Counted from the stretch's first letter, positions 34,255 through 44,222 are shown. The stretch: 64,000 nucleotides of DNA from an uncultured Gemmatimonadales bacterium (GCA_963798915.1 CAWCVB010000014.1:1-64000); one strand, 5' to 3'. Notes: generated by a model from the letters alone, not told the origin. A program made the numbers and translations.

Positions 34255-34330
34255 CGGTCACAGTTCGGTCACAGCGCGTGACGTCCGCGGCTGACGCCGT
34301 TCCGCGACGCGGTCGTCACCGCGTCGTGAC
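34255..34330. promoter_or_regulatory. Candidate Pho boxes in the PAP2/GT4 divergent promoter
   Basis: CGGTCACAG-TT-CGGTCACAG (11-bp period), plus GTGAC 34278, GTCAC 34315, GTGAC 34326. Confidence 0.6.
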
Positions 34331-34351
34331 CGGGGCTCGCCAGATTCTGGC

Positions 34352-35587
34352 ATGCCTCACTTCTCCCGGTCTCCCCGAATCCTCGTCTGTACCGACACCT
34401 ATCCACCGCAACTCAACGGCGTGAGCGTCGTCACCAGTCTTTCTGTTGCTGGCCTGGCGGCGCGCGGGTGGGAATGCGGGGTGGTGGGCCCACGCTACCC
34501 GGCCGAGCCGGAGCCTGGCTTCGACGCGCGCGACGACGGCGCCCGGCTTCATTACACGCTGCCGAGCATCCAGGCGCCGGTGTATCCGGACCTGCGGCTG
34601 GCGTTTCCTTGGTATCCAACCATCGCTCGCGCGATGGATTCATTTCGCCCTGACCTGGTGCACTGCGCGACGGAATTCATCATTGGCAGACTGGGACAGA
34701 TCGCCGCGCGCCGGAGGAACATCCCGCTCGTGTCATCGTACCACACCGACTTTGCGCGCTACGCCGAGGCGTACGGTGCACCGGGCCTGGCGCCGGCGGT
34801 GCGGAGACACCTCGCGCGCTTCCACCGCCGAAGCCGCCGGGTCTTTACGCCGTCCTCCGCTTCCGCCAGCGATCTGGCGGCCCTGGGTGTGGAAGGAATC
34901 GAGGTCTGGGGCCGCGGCGTCGATACCACCCGCTTCCACCCGTCGCGCCGCGCGCCGGACCTGCGCGATTCGTTTGGCATGGGAAGCCGCTTCACCTTCC
35001 TGTATGTCGGACGCTTTGCGGCGGAGAAGAACGTGGAGCTGGTGCTGGACGCGTACCTGCGCGCGAGTGCCCGCGTGCCGGCCGGTGTCATGCACCTGAT
35101 CCTGGCTGGTGCCGGCCCGTGCGAGCGGGTGCTGCGCGCGGTGGCTCCGAGGGGCGTGTCGTTCCTGGGTCAGTTGGACCGCACCAAGACACTGCCCGAT
35201 CTGTATGCCAACGCGGATGCGTTCGTATTTGCATCGGAAACCGAAACGCTGGGCCTGGTGGTGCTCGAGGCCATGGCAAGCGGCCTGCCGGTGATTGCCA
35301 CGCCCAAGGGCGGAGTGGCCGATCACCTGCGCCACGGGCTCAACGGCCTGGCGTTCCCGGCTGGCGACGCGGAGGCCTTGGCGACCTGCATGCTGGCGCT
35401 GGTCGGCGAGCCGATGAAGGTGATGCCACTGCGGGAAGGAGCACGGCGCACGGCGGAGGCGCGCAGCTGGGGCGCGGAACTCGACCAGCTGGACCGGAGC
35501 TATCGGCGAGTCGTGGAAAACAACACAGCGTCCGCGGCGCGTGGCCGGCGCCGGGGTCTGGCGCGGCTCCGCACCATCAGCTCATGA
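34352..35587 (+). CDS. GT4 glycosyltransferase, glycolipid synthase-like (Agt/SqdX/MgtA group)
   Basis: TDTYPPQLNGVS, SSYHTDF, WGRGVD, YVGRFAAEKN, ETLGLVVLEAMASGLPV. Confidence 0.85.
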   Translation: MPHFSRSPRILVCTDTYPPQLNGVSVVTSLSVAGLAARGWECGVVGPRYPAEPEPGFDARDDGARLHYTLPSIQAPVYPDLRLAFPWYPTIARAMDSFRPDLVHCATEFIIGRLGQIAARRRNIPLVSSYHTDFARYAEAYGAPGLAPAVRRHLARFHRRSRRVFTPSSASASDLAALGVEGIEVWGRGVDTTRFHPSRRAPDLRDSFGMGSRFTFLYVGRFAAEKNVELVLDAYLRASARVPAGVMHLILAGAGPCERVLRAVAPRGVSFLGQLDRTKTLPDLYANADAFVFASETETLGLVVLEAMASGLPVIATPKGGVADHLRHGLNGLAFPAGDAEALATCMLALVGEPMKVMPLREGARRTAEARSWGAELDQLDRSYRRVVENNTASAARGRRRGLARLRTISS

Positions 35588-37303
35588 GAAGGGGCGATCC
35601 GCCTGGGCGGGAAACCAGCATGTGATACTGGTACCCTGGCCCAGGTCGCTGTCAGCTGACACGCGTCCGCCATGACTCTCGACCAGATGGCGCACGATCG
35701 ACAGCCCGAGCCCGGTCCCGCCTTCGCCGCGCGACCGCGAGGCGTCGACCCGGTAGAAGCGCTCGAAGATCCGGCTGAGGTGTTCACGTGCAATGCCGGC
35801 GCCGGTGTCGCGCACCTCGAGGCGCACTCCTCCCGATTCCGGCCGTGCGGACACCGTGATCGATCCCCCCGGTGGCGTGTAGCGAAGGGCGTTGTCCAGC
35901 AGGTTGGTCAGGATCTGGCGGACTGCATCCGGATCGGCATCGAGCACGGTACCGGGCGAGATCTCCACATGCAGAGACACGTCGCCGGCCTGCGCCCGTT
36001 CGGCAAGACTCAGCCAGACGTCTCGCGCCACAGCCGCAGGGTCGACCCTGGCCACCGAGGGATGCCAGCTTCCCGACTCGATGCGCGACAGGTCCAGCAG
36101 GTCATCCACCAGGTGCTGCATGCGCCGCGCATTGCCGTGGATGATCTCCAGAAACTGCCGGGAAGTCGCCTCGTCCGGGCGGTCGACGAGGAGGGTTTCC
36201 GAGTAGCCGGAAATGGAGGTCAGCGGCGTCTTCAGTTCGTGGGAGACATTGGCGACGAAATCACGCCGCACCGACTCCAGTCGGCGCAGTTCGGTGAGGT
36301 CGTGCATCACCAGCACCGCGCCGCCGTTCGGGAGGGCCCGTGCGGTGGCCAGGAGAATCCGCCCATCGAGTTCGATGGTTCGCGACTGCTCCGACTCACC
36401 GCTGAGCGCTGCCTGGACCAGGTCACGTGCATCGCGGGCGCGGAACAGCTCGGGCAGGTCCGGCAGCGGCGCGTCGGGCGCGTAGCCCAGCAGCCGGCGT
36501 GCCGCGGCATTGGCCGTCGTGATCTGGCCGCGCGCGTCCGCCGCGAGCACGCCCTCGACCATCGCCTCCACCAGCGCTGACGACTCGGCCTTCTCGCGCC
36601 GCAGCTCGGTGAATCGCTCCGCCAGCTGCTGATGCATGGCGCGGAGGGAGCGAACCAGCGCGTCGATTTCTGCCACGCCCGAACGGGGGAAGCGAGGATC
36701 GGCGCCGGCGGCGATGGCCCTGGCCGCAGAGCCGAGACTGGTCAATGGACGGGAAATGCTGCGGGCTGCAATGCTGGCAATGCCCAGTCCCACGATCAGC
36801 GCCAGCAAGGCAGCGCCGCCCACGGCGAACTGGGTCTTCGTGACGATGCCGTTGACGCGTGACAGGTCCTCCGCCACCCGAAGCACACCCGAGCCATTGG
36901 GCACGGCGACATACATCAGGTCCCGGCCCACCGTGGCGCTGTGCCGCCGGGCCTGGCCGGTGCGGCCCTCCATCGCCGCGCGCACTTCGGGCCGGTCACG
37001 GTGATTCTCGATGGGCGGCAGGGGAAGGTCGGGAAAGTCGCTGTCCGCGATCACGGTGCCCTGGCCGTTGATCAGCGTGATGCGTGCGCCGGCCTGCAGG
37101 CCAAAGCGACGGATCACGGCCTGCCACTGCGCCGAGTCCGCGGGGAGCGCCTCGCGAACCAGCAGGGCCTGACGCTCCAGTGTCGTCGCGACATCCGCCT
37201 CGAGGTTGCGGCGAAGCACCCGGTCGGCGCGGTACAGCAGCACGCCAATGGTCAGTATCAGTACGATCAGTGTGCCGATCGTGAGCCGGCGGGAAAATGT
37301 CAC
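35582..37303 (-). CDS. phoR: Sensor histidine kinase PhoR
   Basis: ENHRDRPEV, HAMP, PAS, RRDFVANVSHELKTPLT, IFERFYRVD, GGTGLGLSIV. Confidence 0.9.
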   Translation of the reverse strand: MTFSRRLTIGTLIVLILTIGVLLYRADRVLRRNLEADVATTLERQALLVREALPADSAQWQAVIRRFGLQAGARITLINGQGTVIADSDFPDLPLPPIENHRDRPEVRAAMEGRTGQARRHSATVGRDLMYVAVPNGSGVLRVAEDLSRVNGIVTKTQFAVGGAALLALIVGLGIASIAARSISRPLTSLGSAARAIAAGADPRFPRSGVAEIDALVRSLRAMHQQLAERFTELRREKAESSALVEAMVEGVLAADARGQITTANAAARRLLGYAPDAPLPDLPELFRARDARDLVQAALSGESEQSRTIELDGRILLATARALPNGGAVLVMHDLTELRRLESVRRDFVANVSHELKTPLTSISGYSETLLVDRPDEATSRQFLEIIHGNARRMQHLVDDLLDLSRIESGSWHPSVARVDPAAVARDVWLSLAERAQAGDVSLHVEISPGTVLDADPDAVRQILTNLLDNALRYTPPGGSITVSARPESGGVRLEVRDTGAGIAREHLSRIFERFYRVDASRSRGEGGTGLGLSIVRHLVESHGGRVSADSDLGQGTSITCWFPAQADRPFS

Positions 37304-38004
37304 CGCGTCCGTCCCCGTTCCGCTGCGCGGAAGCGGTAGCCGAAGCCCCTGACCGTTTCGATGAGGTCGCCGCAGGCTCCCAGCTTGGTACGCAGACGCT
37401 GCACATGCATGTCCACCGTCCGGGTCTGGATCTCGGGACTTGCTTCCCAGACCGACTCGAGCAGTTGGGGCCTCGACTGCACCCGGCCCCTCCGCTCCAC
37501 CAGTGTCAGGAGCAGCCGATATTCCGTGGCGGTAAGCTCGAGGTCCCGGCCATCCACCGCGACGCGGTGCGCGGACCGGTCAATGACAATGGAGTCGGCG
37601 CTCAGCGTCGATCCGGAACTCACGGCGGGCGCTGCCAGCCGACGCAAGAGCGCTGCGATCCGGAGCGCCAGTTCGGCCGGCGAGAACGGCTTGGTCAGGT
37701 AGTCATCCGCACCCAGCGACAGGCCCTTGATCCGGTCCCCCTCTTCGCGCCGTGAGGTCAGCAGAATGACACCCACATCGCGCGTTTCGTCCATGCGACG
37801 GAGCTCCTGCAGGACCTCATATCCCGACATGGTCGGGAGCATGAGATCAAGCACGACGATATCCGGCCGCTCCTCGCGCGCTGCTCGCACGGCATCAGGC
37901 CCGGTGGACGCCGTGGAGACCCGATAGCCCGCCTTGGCCAGATGGTACGCCACGAGAGCCGTGATATCCGGCTCATCGTCAACAACCAGAATGCGATGGG
38001 TCAT
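37300..38004 (-). CDS. phoB: OmpR-family response regulator PhoB
   Basis: ILVVDDE, LDLMLP, GADDYLTKPFS, TRTVDMHVQRLR, ETVRGFGYRF; coupled to phoR. Confidence 0.9.
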   Translation of the reverse strand: MTHRILVVDDEPDITALVAYHLAKAGYRVSTASTGPDAVRAAREERPDIVVLDLMLPTMSGYEVLQELRRMDETRDVGVILLTSRREEGDRIKGLSLGADDYLTKPFSPAELALRIAALLRRLAAPAVSSGSTLSADSIVIDRSAHRVAVDGRDLELTATEYRLLLTLVERRGRVQSRPQLLESVWEASPEIQTRTVDMHVQRLRTKLGACGDLIETVRGFGYRFRAAERGRTR

Positions 38005-38396
38005 CGAGTCCCTTGCCGTCCATTCCCGTCGGATTTTTCGCCGGATGCCGTCCGGTCGCCGGTGTGCACCCGGCTGCGTTGCAGTGCCCGGTCCCGCTCG
38101 GCCCGGAACTCGGGGTCGGCGTGCATGGCCTCGAGAATTGCTCCCAGCAGGCGGCTGGCCGGCCCCGGGTTCCGGAGCAGGCGATAGAGCACGAACCGCG
38201 CGATCGGCGTGTCCCGCACGATGCCGGAGCGCCGGAGCACCTGCAGGTGACGCGAGACGGTGGGCTGGGGCAGCTCGAGAATGATTTGAAGGTCGGATAC
38301 GAAGAGTGGCGCCGCCGCCAGGCAATTGATGATGCGGAGCCTGGTGGGCTCCGCCATCGCCTGGAGCAGGTCGGGCACGGCGCTGGTGACTTGCAT
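38001..38396 (-). CDS. ArsR/SmtB family regulator
   Basis: AMAEPTRLRII, QPTVSRHLQVLRRSGIV; stop overlaps the phoB ATG (ATGA). Confidence 0.88.
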   Translation of the reverse strand: MQVTSAVPDLLQAMAEPTRLRIINCLAAAPLFVSDLQIILELPQPTVSRHLQVLRRSGIVRDTPIARFVLYRLLRNPGPASRLLGAILEAMHADPEFRAERDRALQRSRVHTGDRTASGEKSDGNGRQGTR

Positions 38397-38410
38397 GCTG
38401 GACAGAAGAT

Positions 38411-38430
38411 ATATTCGCCTAGCCGAATAT
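38411..38430. promoter_or_regulatory. Candidate ArsR-type operator
   Basis: ATATTCG-CCTAGC-CGAATAT inverted repeat in a 61-bp divergent gap. Confidence 0.6.
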
Positions 38431-38457
38431 GAGCAAGGGCCACTATATTTGCGTCCG

Positions 38458-41400
38458 ATGCTCGCCTCATTCCTGCTTGCGGCCGCGCTGGTCGGCGCGC
38501 CTTCCACTCCCCGCGACACCGCGCACCTGGTCGTGGTCGCCACGACCGATGTCCACGGTCGCGCCTTTGCATGGGATTACACGACGGATACGCCCTTTCC
38601 GGGGGGCCTGACCAGGGTCGCAACGATTGTGGACTCGCTGCGTCGCATCTACCCTGGCCAGCTCGTGGTCGTGGATGCCGGAGACCTGATTCAGGGCGAC
38701 CCGTTCGCCGCCTACTTCGCCACTGTGGCGCCACGCGACACCAATCCGGTGGTCCGGGCCATGAACCTGGTGGGCTACGATGCCGCCACACTGGGCAATC
38801 ACGAGTTCAACTGGGGCCTGGCCACCCTGGCGCGGGCGCTGCGAGGTGCTGCCTTTCCCTACGTAAGCGCCAACATCCATGGCCTCCCCCGCGACACCCT
38901 GATGCATTCGCCCTTCGTCGTCCTCGAGCGCGACAGCATCCGCGTCGGCATTGCCGGCTTCACCACCCCCGGTGTCATGGTGTGGGATCGAACCAAGGTG
39001 CAGAACCACGTTCGTCTGGAGCGCATCCCGGCCGCTGCACGGCGAGTGCTGCCGGAACTGTCGCGCCGGTCCGACTTCCAGATTGTCCTGGTGCATAGCG
39101 GCATGGATGGGCCATCATCCTACGACAGCAGCGGCGTTGGCGCGGAGAACGTGGCCGCATCACTGGCTGGCCTTCCGTCGCCACCTGATCTCGTGGTGGT
39201 GGGGCACTCCCATCGCGAAATGCGCGATTCCGTCATTAATGGCGTGCACTTCATCCAGCCGAAGAACTGGGCCCAGAGCGTGGTGGTCGTGCACGTCACG
39301 CTGGTGCGGCAAGGCGGCGGCTGGCAACCGGTGCAGTGGCACGCCGACCTCGTGCCACTCGCCAATGTGCCCCCCGCGGCAAGAATGGTGGCGGCGCTGC
39401 AGGGCGCGCACGACAGTGTGCGCGCATGGATTCGCCAGCCGCTGGCCCGCGCCACCGCGGCGATGCCGGGGGCGATGGCTCGCGCCGAGCCCACGGCGGT
39501 CGTGGGCTGGATCCAGGCGGTTGAGCGGCAGCGCACCGGCGCACAGCTTGCGGCCGCCTCTGCCTTCAACCTCGACGGCGGACTGCCGGCCGGACCGGTC
39601 CGGCTCGCCGACGTCGCCAGCATCTACCCGTATGAAAACACCTTGCGGGCAGTGCGCCTTTCAGGCGAACAGTTGAAAGCCTTCCTGGAGCACAGCGCCG
39701 AGTACTACCAGGTGGACACGGCGGGAACCGTGAGGATCAATCCCGACATGCCGGGCTACAATTTCGACATGGTCGCGGGAGCGCACTACGTGATTGATCT
39801 TGCCAAGCCGGTCGGCAGCCGCATTCGCGATCTGCAGGTCGCTGGCAGGCCAGTGAAGGCCACCGATCACTTTTCCATGGCCGTGAACAGCTATCGGCAG
39901 GAGGGTGGCGGCGGCTATGCGATGCTGAAGGGCGCGCCGGTGGTGTACGACAAGGGCGAGAACATGCGGGACCTCCTCGCGGAGGCGCTCAAGGCGCTCG
40001 GAACCATCCGACCATCCGATTATGACGACCGAAACTGGCGGATCGTGCCGGATTCGCTGCTTGCCCAGGTCAAGGCGCTCCAGCGCCAGCCCGAACCCAA
40101 CGCTGAACGGCGGGTGGCCGGCGAGCGCATCCTGCTCCGGATCCTGACCACCAACGACCTGCACGGCGCCATGCGCACGGAGACGAAGGCCTGGTCCCAC
40201 GGCCGAGGGGTTGGCGGCTTTGCCGTGCTCGATGCCATGATGGACAGCGCCAGGGCGGACTGCCGCTGTGCGACGCTGCACCTCGATGCGGGCGACGAGA
40301 TGCAGGGCACGCTGGAGTCGAACCTGGTCTTCGGCCGATCGGTGGTCGCTGGGCTCAACATGCTGGGCACTGATGCGGCCGCGGTCGGCAACCACGACCT
40401 TGATTGGGGCATCGACACGCTGCGCGCGCGGATGCGTCAGGCGCACTACCCATGGCTCCTCGCCAACGTCTACGACTCGGCGGCTGGTGGCCGCCCGGAG
40501 TGGGCAAGGCCCTGGGCCATGCTGCAGGCGGGGTCACTCCAGGTGGCGGTGGTGGGCTACATCACCGGCGAGACGAAGCGGATCGTCAAGGCGGGCAATG
40601 TCGCCGGCCTGGCGTTCCCGTCGGGCGCCGCCGCCTTGCGCGGCGTGCTGGACACGGTCCACGCGCAGCATCCCGATCTGGTGGTGCTCATTGCGCATGC
40701 CGGCGCCGTGTGCGATTCGTCGGCGTGCGCCGGTGAAATCATGGACCTTGCCAGGCAGCTGCCCGCCGGTGCGGTCGATGCCATCGTCGCGGGCCACACC
40801 CACCAACTCAATGACACCAGGGCGAACGGCATTCCCATCGTGCAGGCGCGGAGCAGCGGAACCGCGCTGGGGGTGATGGACCTCGTTGCGAGCGCCCCGG
40901 GAACGACCTGGCGCACGCAGGTCCGCGACGTCTTCGCGGACGAGGTGACGGCTGACAGCGCCGAATCCGTCCTGGTACAGCTCTCTCAGGAGCGCACCGA
41001 CACCCTGGCGAGCCGCACCGTGGCGACGCTCGCCGGTCCGCTCACGCGGCGCGGCGACCAGTATCCGCTCGGGAATCTTGTCGCCGATGCACAGCGGGAA
41101 AGCGCCGGCGCCGACGTGGCCATCATGAACAACGGGGGCATTCGCGACGATCTGGTTGGCGGCCCGGTCACCTACCGCGCGCTCTTTCAGCTGCAGCCCT
41201 TTGGCAACAACATGGTGAAGACGACCATGACCGGGCGCACCCTGCGCCAGGCACTTGAGCATGGTGTGCGCGGCGGGCGACCTCACGTACACGTCTCCGG
41301 CATCCGCGTCACCTTTGACCGTGCCGCATCGGATGGTCAGCGGATCGTGTCGGTGCTCGTCGCCGGCACGCCACTCCGTGACACCGCGCGTTACAGCGTG

Positions 41401-41571
41401 GCCGTCAATGACTTCATGTCCACGGGCGGCGATGGTTTCGACGTCTTCCGGGGACTGGACTGGCGTGCCACCGGCCTCAGCGACCTTGAAGCGGTGACGG
41501 CGTGGCTGACCCGGCAAGCGGGACCGGTGCAGGCGGACACGACGACACGCGTCCAGGCGACGACGCCATGA
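38458..41571 (+). CDS. Secreted tandem nucleotidase: CpdB-like plus UshA-like 5'-nucleotidase modules
   Basis: Two metallophosphoesterase domains (TTDVHG/DAGD/GNHEF/GHSH and TNDLHG/DAGD/GNHD/GHTH), each followed by a 5'-NT C-terminal domain. Confidence 0.9.
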   Translation: MLASFLLAAALVGAPSTPRDTAHLVVVATTDVHGRAFAWDYTTDTPFPGGLTRVATIVDSLRRIYPGQLVVVDAGDLIQGDPFAAYFATVAPRDTNPVVRAMNLVGYDAATLGNHEFNWGLATLARALRGAAFPYVSANIHGLPRDTLMHSPFVVLERDSIRVGIAGFTTPGVMVWDRTKVQNHVRLERIPAAARRVLPELSRRSDFQIVLVHSGMDGPSSYDSSGVGAENVAASLAGLPSPPDLVVVGHSHREMRDSVINGVHFIQPKNWAQSVVVVHVTLVRQGGGWQPVQWHADLVPLANVPPAARMVAALQGAHDSVRAWIRQPLARATAAMPGAMARAEPTAVVGWIQAVERQRTGAQLAAASAFNLDGGLPAGPVRLADVASIYPYENTLRAVRLSGEQLKAFLEHSAEYYQVDTAGTVRINPDMPGYNFDMVAGAHYVIDLAKPVGSRIRDLQVAGRPVKATDHFSMAVNSYRQEGGGGYAMLKGAPVVYDKGENMRDLLAEALKALGTIRPSDYDDRNWRIVPDSLLAQVKALQRQPEPNAERRVAGERILLRILTTNDLHGAMRTETKAWSHGRGVGGFAVLDAMMDSARADCRCATLHLDAGDEMQGTLESNLVFGRSVVAGLNMLGTDAAAVGNHDLDWGIDTLRARMRQAHYPWLLANVYDSAAGGRPEWARPWAMLQAGSLQVAVVGYITGETKRIVKAGNVAGLAFPSGAAALRGVLDTVHAQHPDLVVLIAHAGAVCDSSACAGEIMDLARQLPAGAVDAIVAGHTHQLNDTRANGIPIVQARSSGTALGVMDLVASAPGTTWRTQVRDVFADEVTADSAESVLVQLSQERTDTLASRTVATLAGPLTRRGDQYPLGNLVADAQRESAGADVAIMNNGGIRDDLVGGPVTYRALFQLQPFGNNMVKTTMTGRTLRQALEHGVRGGRPHVHVSGIRVTFDRAASDGQRIVSVLVAGTPLRDTARYSVAVNDFMSTGGDGFDVFRGLDWRATGLSDLEAVTAWLTRQAGPVQADTTTRVQATTP

Positions 41572-41600
41572 TCCTGCTTCTCCCCTCCCTGATTCGCTGA

Positions 41601-41822
41601 ATGCGCGTCTTCGTTAATGAACGGCCACTGGACGTGTCGCCAGGGGCCACGGTCCGGGACGCCGTCCGCGAGCTGGACGATGGCCTGGCGACGCAGCTGG
41701 ATCACGGCGCGTACGCAACCGACGGCCGCGGCATCCGACTGGAGCCGGATGCGAGTCTTGCGGCGGGCGCGATCATCCGGGTAGTCCGCTCCGCCCGCCC
41801 GGCCGGTAATGCTGACACCTGA
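41601..41822 (+). CDS. Small beta-grasp (MoaD/ThiS-like) protein without C-terminal GG
   Basis: MRVFVNERPLDVSPGATVRDAV...LAAGAIIRVV; overlaps the add start. Confidence 0.6.
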   Translation: MRVFVNERPLDVSPGATVRDAVRELDDGLATQLDHGAYATDGRGIRLEPDASLAAGAIIRVVRSARPAGNADT

Positions 41823-42831
41823 ACTGTTGCGCCTGCTGCCCAAGGCGGAATTGCACGTGCATCTTGACGGGTCAGTGCGTCCCGAAACCATGCTGGCGCT
41901 CGCGCGGAAGGCCGGGATATCGCTGCCGGTGGGGGAGCCCGAGGCCCTGCGGGCCTACATGCGGGTGGACGATGCCCGCGACCTGGAAGAGTACCTGGCC
42001 CGGTTCGAGCTGACGATCGCGCTCCTGCAGACGCCTGAAGCGGTCGAGCAGGTCGCCTATGAAATGTGCCAGGACGCCGCCCGGGACGGCATCTGGTACC
42101 TCGAAGTCCGCTACTGTCCGCTGCTGAGCTGCCAGGCCGGGATGGACCTGGACCAGGTCATCGCGGCCGAATGGCGCGGTCTCCAGCGCGGCGAGCGGGA
42201 CTTTGACATCACCGCCCGAATCATCTGCTGTTCGCTGCGGCAATACGACCCCGCGCTCTCGCTGGCAATTGCTCGCCATGCGGTGAGCGCGCACAGCTCG
42301 GGCGTGGTGGGGTTTGACCTGGCCGGTGGCGAGGCTGGCCGTCCACCTGGGGTGCACGCCGCGGCATTCGATGCTGCCGCGGCAGGTGGGCTGGGCATTA
42401 CGGTCCACGCCGGCGAGGCAGCTGGCGCAGACTCGGTGGCGGAAGCCATCTTCACCTGTCACGCAAACCGGATCGGGCACGGAACCCGGCTGTGGGAAGA
42501 TGCAGCCTTGCTGGCGTACGTGCGGGACCGGCGGATCTGCGTGGAGACCAACATCACGAGCAATATCCAGACACGCGCCGTGGCGGATGCCGCGTCGCAT
42601 CCGGTGCGGCAGTATCTCGACGCCGGGCTGAATGTGACGCTATGCACCGATAACTGGCTGATGAGCGATGTCTCCCTCAGCGGCGAGTACTACCTCGCCC
42701 ACACCGCGCTCGGGTTCACCCGCGAGGAGATTCTCCGCATGATGCTGAACGGCTTTGAAAGCGCCTTTCTGGCCTGGCCGGAGCGGAGCGTGCTCATCGA
42801 GCGGGCGCGCGCGGCGCTGGGGGTCGCATGA
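41809..42831 (+). CDS. add: Adenosine deaminase
   Basis: LPKAELHVHLDGS, GFDLAGGE, TVHAGE, RIGHG, TDN. Confidence 0.92.
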   Translation: MLTPELLRLLPKAELHVHLDGSVRPETMLALARKAGISLPVGEPEALRAYMRVDDARDLEEYLARFELTIALLQTPEAVEQVAYEMCQDAARDGIWYLEVRYCPLLSCQAGMDLDQVIAAEWRGLQRGERDFDITARIICCSLRQYDPALSLAIARHAVSAHSSGVVGFDLAGGEAGRPPGVHAAAFDAAAAGGLGITVHAGEAAGADSVAEAIFTCHANRIGHGTRLWEDAALLAYVRDRRICVETNITSNIQTRAVADAASHPVRQYLDAGLNVTLCTDNWLMSDVSLSGEYYLAHTALGFTREEILRMMLNGFESAFLAWPERSVLIERARAALGVA

Positions 42832-44222
42832 GCATGCTCCTGCTGTTGCAGGCGGCGGCCGACAGCACCATGACGGCGGCCCAGCGACTGGCTGCCGCCC
42901 ACGCTGATCTGTCAGTCCCCCTGGGCGAGCGACTGGTGGGCCTCCTCGGCGTGGCCGTGATGATCGGGCTCGCCGTGCTGCTCAGCTACGACCGGCGAAA
43001 GATCCAGTGGCGTCTGGTCGGCATCGGCCTCGCGCTCCAGTTCACGTTCGGATTCATCGTCCTCAAGACCCGGCCCGGCCGGGCATTTTTTGACTTCATC
43101 GGCCGCATCGTCACTGGGCTCCTGTCCTTCCAGGAGCAGGGGGCACGCTTCGTCTTTGGCAACCTGGTGCAGAACTCAGTCCCGGTCGGGATTCCGGATG
43201 CGTCGGGCGGCCTCAACGCCAGCGCGGGGTATGTGGCCAGCACCGGGTCATTCTTCGCGTTCAACGTGCTGCCAACGATCATCTTTTTCTGCGCCCTGAT
43301 GTCGGTGCTGTATTACCTCAACATCATGCAGACGATCGTGAAGGCGATCGCCTGGGTCATGCAGAAAACGCTTGGCACATCCGGCGCCGAGACCCTTTCT
43401 GCCTCCGGCAACATCTTCCTGGGCCAGACGGAGGCGCCGCTGCTGATCAAGCCGTTCGTCGGCACCATGACCGAGTCCGAGCTGATGACGGTCATGGTCG
43501 GAGGATTCGCCACGGTGGCGGGTGGCGTACTGGCTGCCTACGTGGGGATGCTGTCCGGCTATTTCCCCAACATCGCGAGTCACCTGCTGGCGGCCAGCGT
43601 CATGAATGCGCCCGCCGGCCTCTTCTTGTCCAAGATCATCCGGCCGGAGGTGGGCGTGCCGCTGACCAGGGGCAAGCTCGAACTCACGATCGAGAAGACC
43701 GATACCGGGGTGATTGAAGCTGCGGCCAGTGGTGCCGCGCAGGGCGTGCAGCTGGCCATCAACGTGGGCGCCATGCTCATGGCATTTGTTGCGCTCGTGG
43801 CCATGCTCAATTTCGGCATTGGCTGGGCTGGCAGCCTCCTGGGGCATCCGGCGCTGAGCCTGCAAGGCGTCCTCGGGTACCTGCTGCGCCCGCTCGCCTG
43901 GGTCATGGGCGTTCCCTGGCATGATACCGCATATGTCGGTGGCCTCATCGGCATCAAGGCCACGCTGAACGAGTTCGTGGCCTACGCACAATTCGCAGGG
44001 GACATGGCGCACGGAGTCGCGCTGTCGTCGCGCAGCGCCGTCATCGTGACGTATGCGCTGCTCGGCTTCGCCAACTTCTCATCCATTGCGATCCAGATTG
44101 GCGGGATCGGCGGCCTTGCGCCTGAGCGCCGTGGTGAGATCGCCAGGTTTGGGCTGCGGGCGATGATCGCGGGCAACCTTGCCGCGTTCACATCAGCCGC
44201 CATTGCGGGAGTGCTGCTGTGA
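42828..44222 (+). CDS. nupC: CNT-family nucleoside transporter
   Basis: FAFNVLPTIIFF, NIFLGQTEAPL, GFATVAGG, NEFVAY, GFANFSSIAIQIGG. Confidence 0.93.
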   Translation: MSMLLLLQAAADSTMTAAQRLAAAHADLSVPLGERLVGLLGVAVMIGLAVLLSYDRRKIQWRLVGIGLALQFTFGFIVLKTRPGRAFFDFIGRIVTGLLSFQEQGARFVFGNLVQNSVPVGIPDASGGLNASAGYVASTGSFFAFNVLPTIIFFCALMSVLYYLNIMQTIVKAIAWVMQKTLGTSGAETLSASGNIFLGQTEAPLLIKPFVGTMTESELMTVMVGGFATVAGGVLAAYVGMLSGYFPNIASHLLAASVMNAPAGLFLSKIIRPEVGVPLTRGKLELTIEKTDTGVIEAAASGAAQGVQLAINVGAMLMAFVALVAMLNFGIGWAGSLLGHPALSLQGVLGYLLRPLAWVMGVPWHDTAYVGGLIGIKATLNEFVAYAQFAGDMAHGVALSSRSAVIVTYALLGFANFSSIAIQIGGIGGLAPERRGEIARFGLRAMIAGNLAAFTSAAIAGVLL

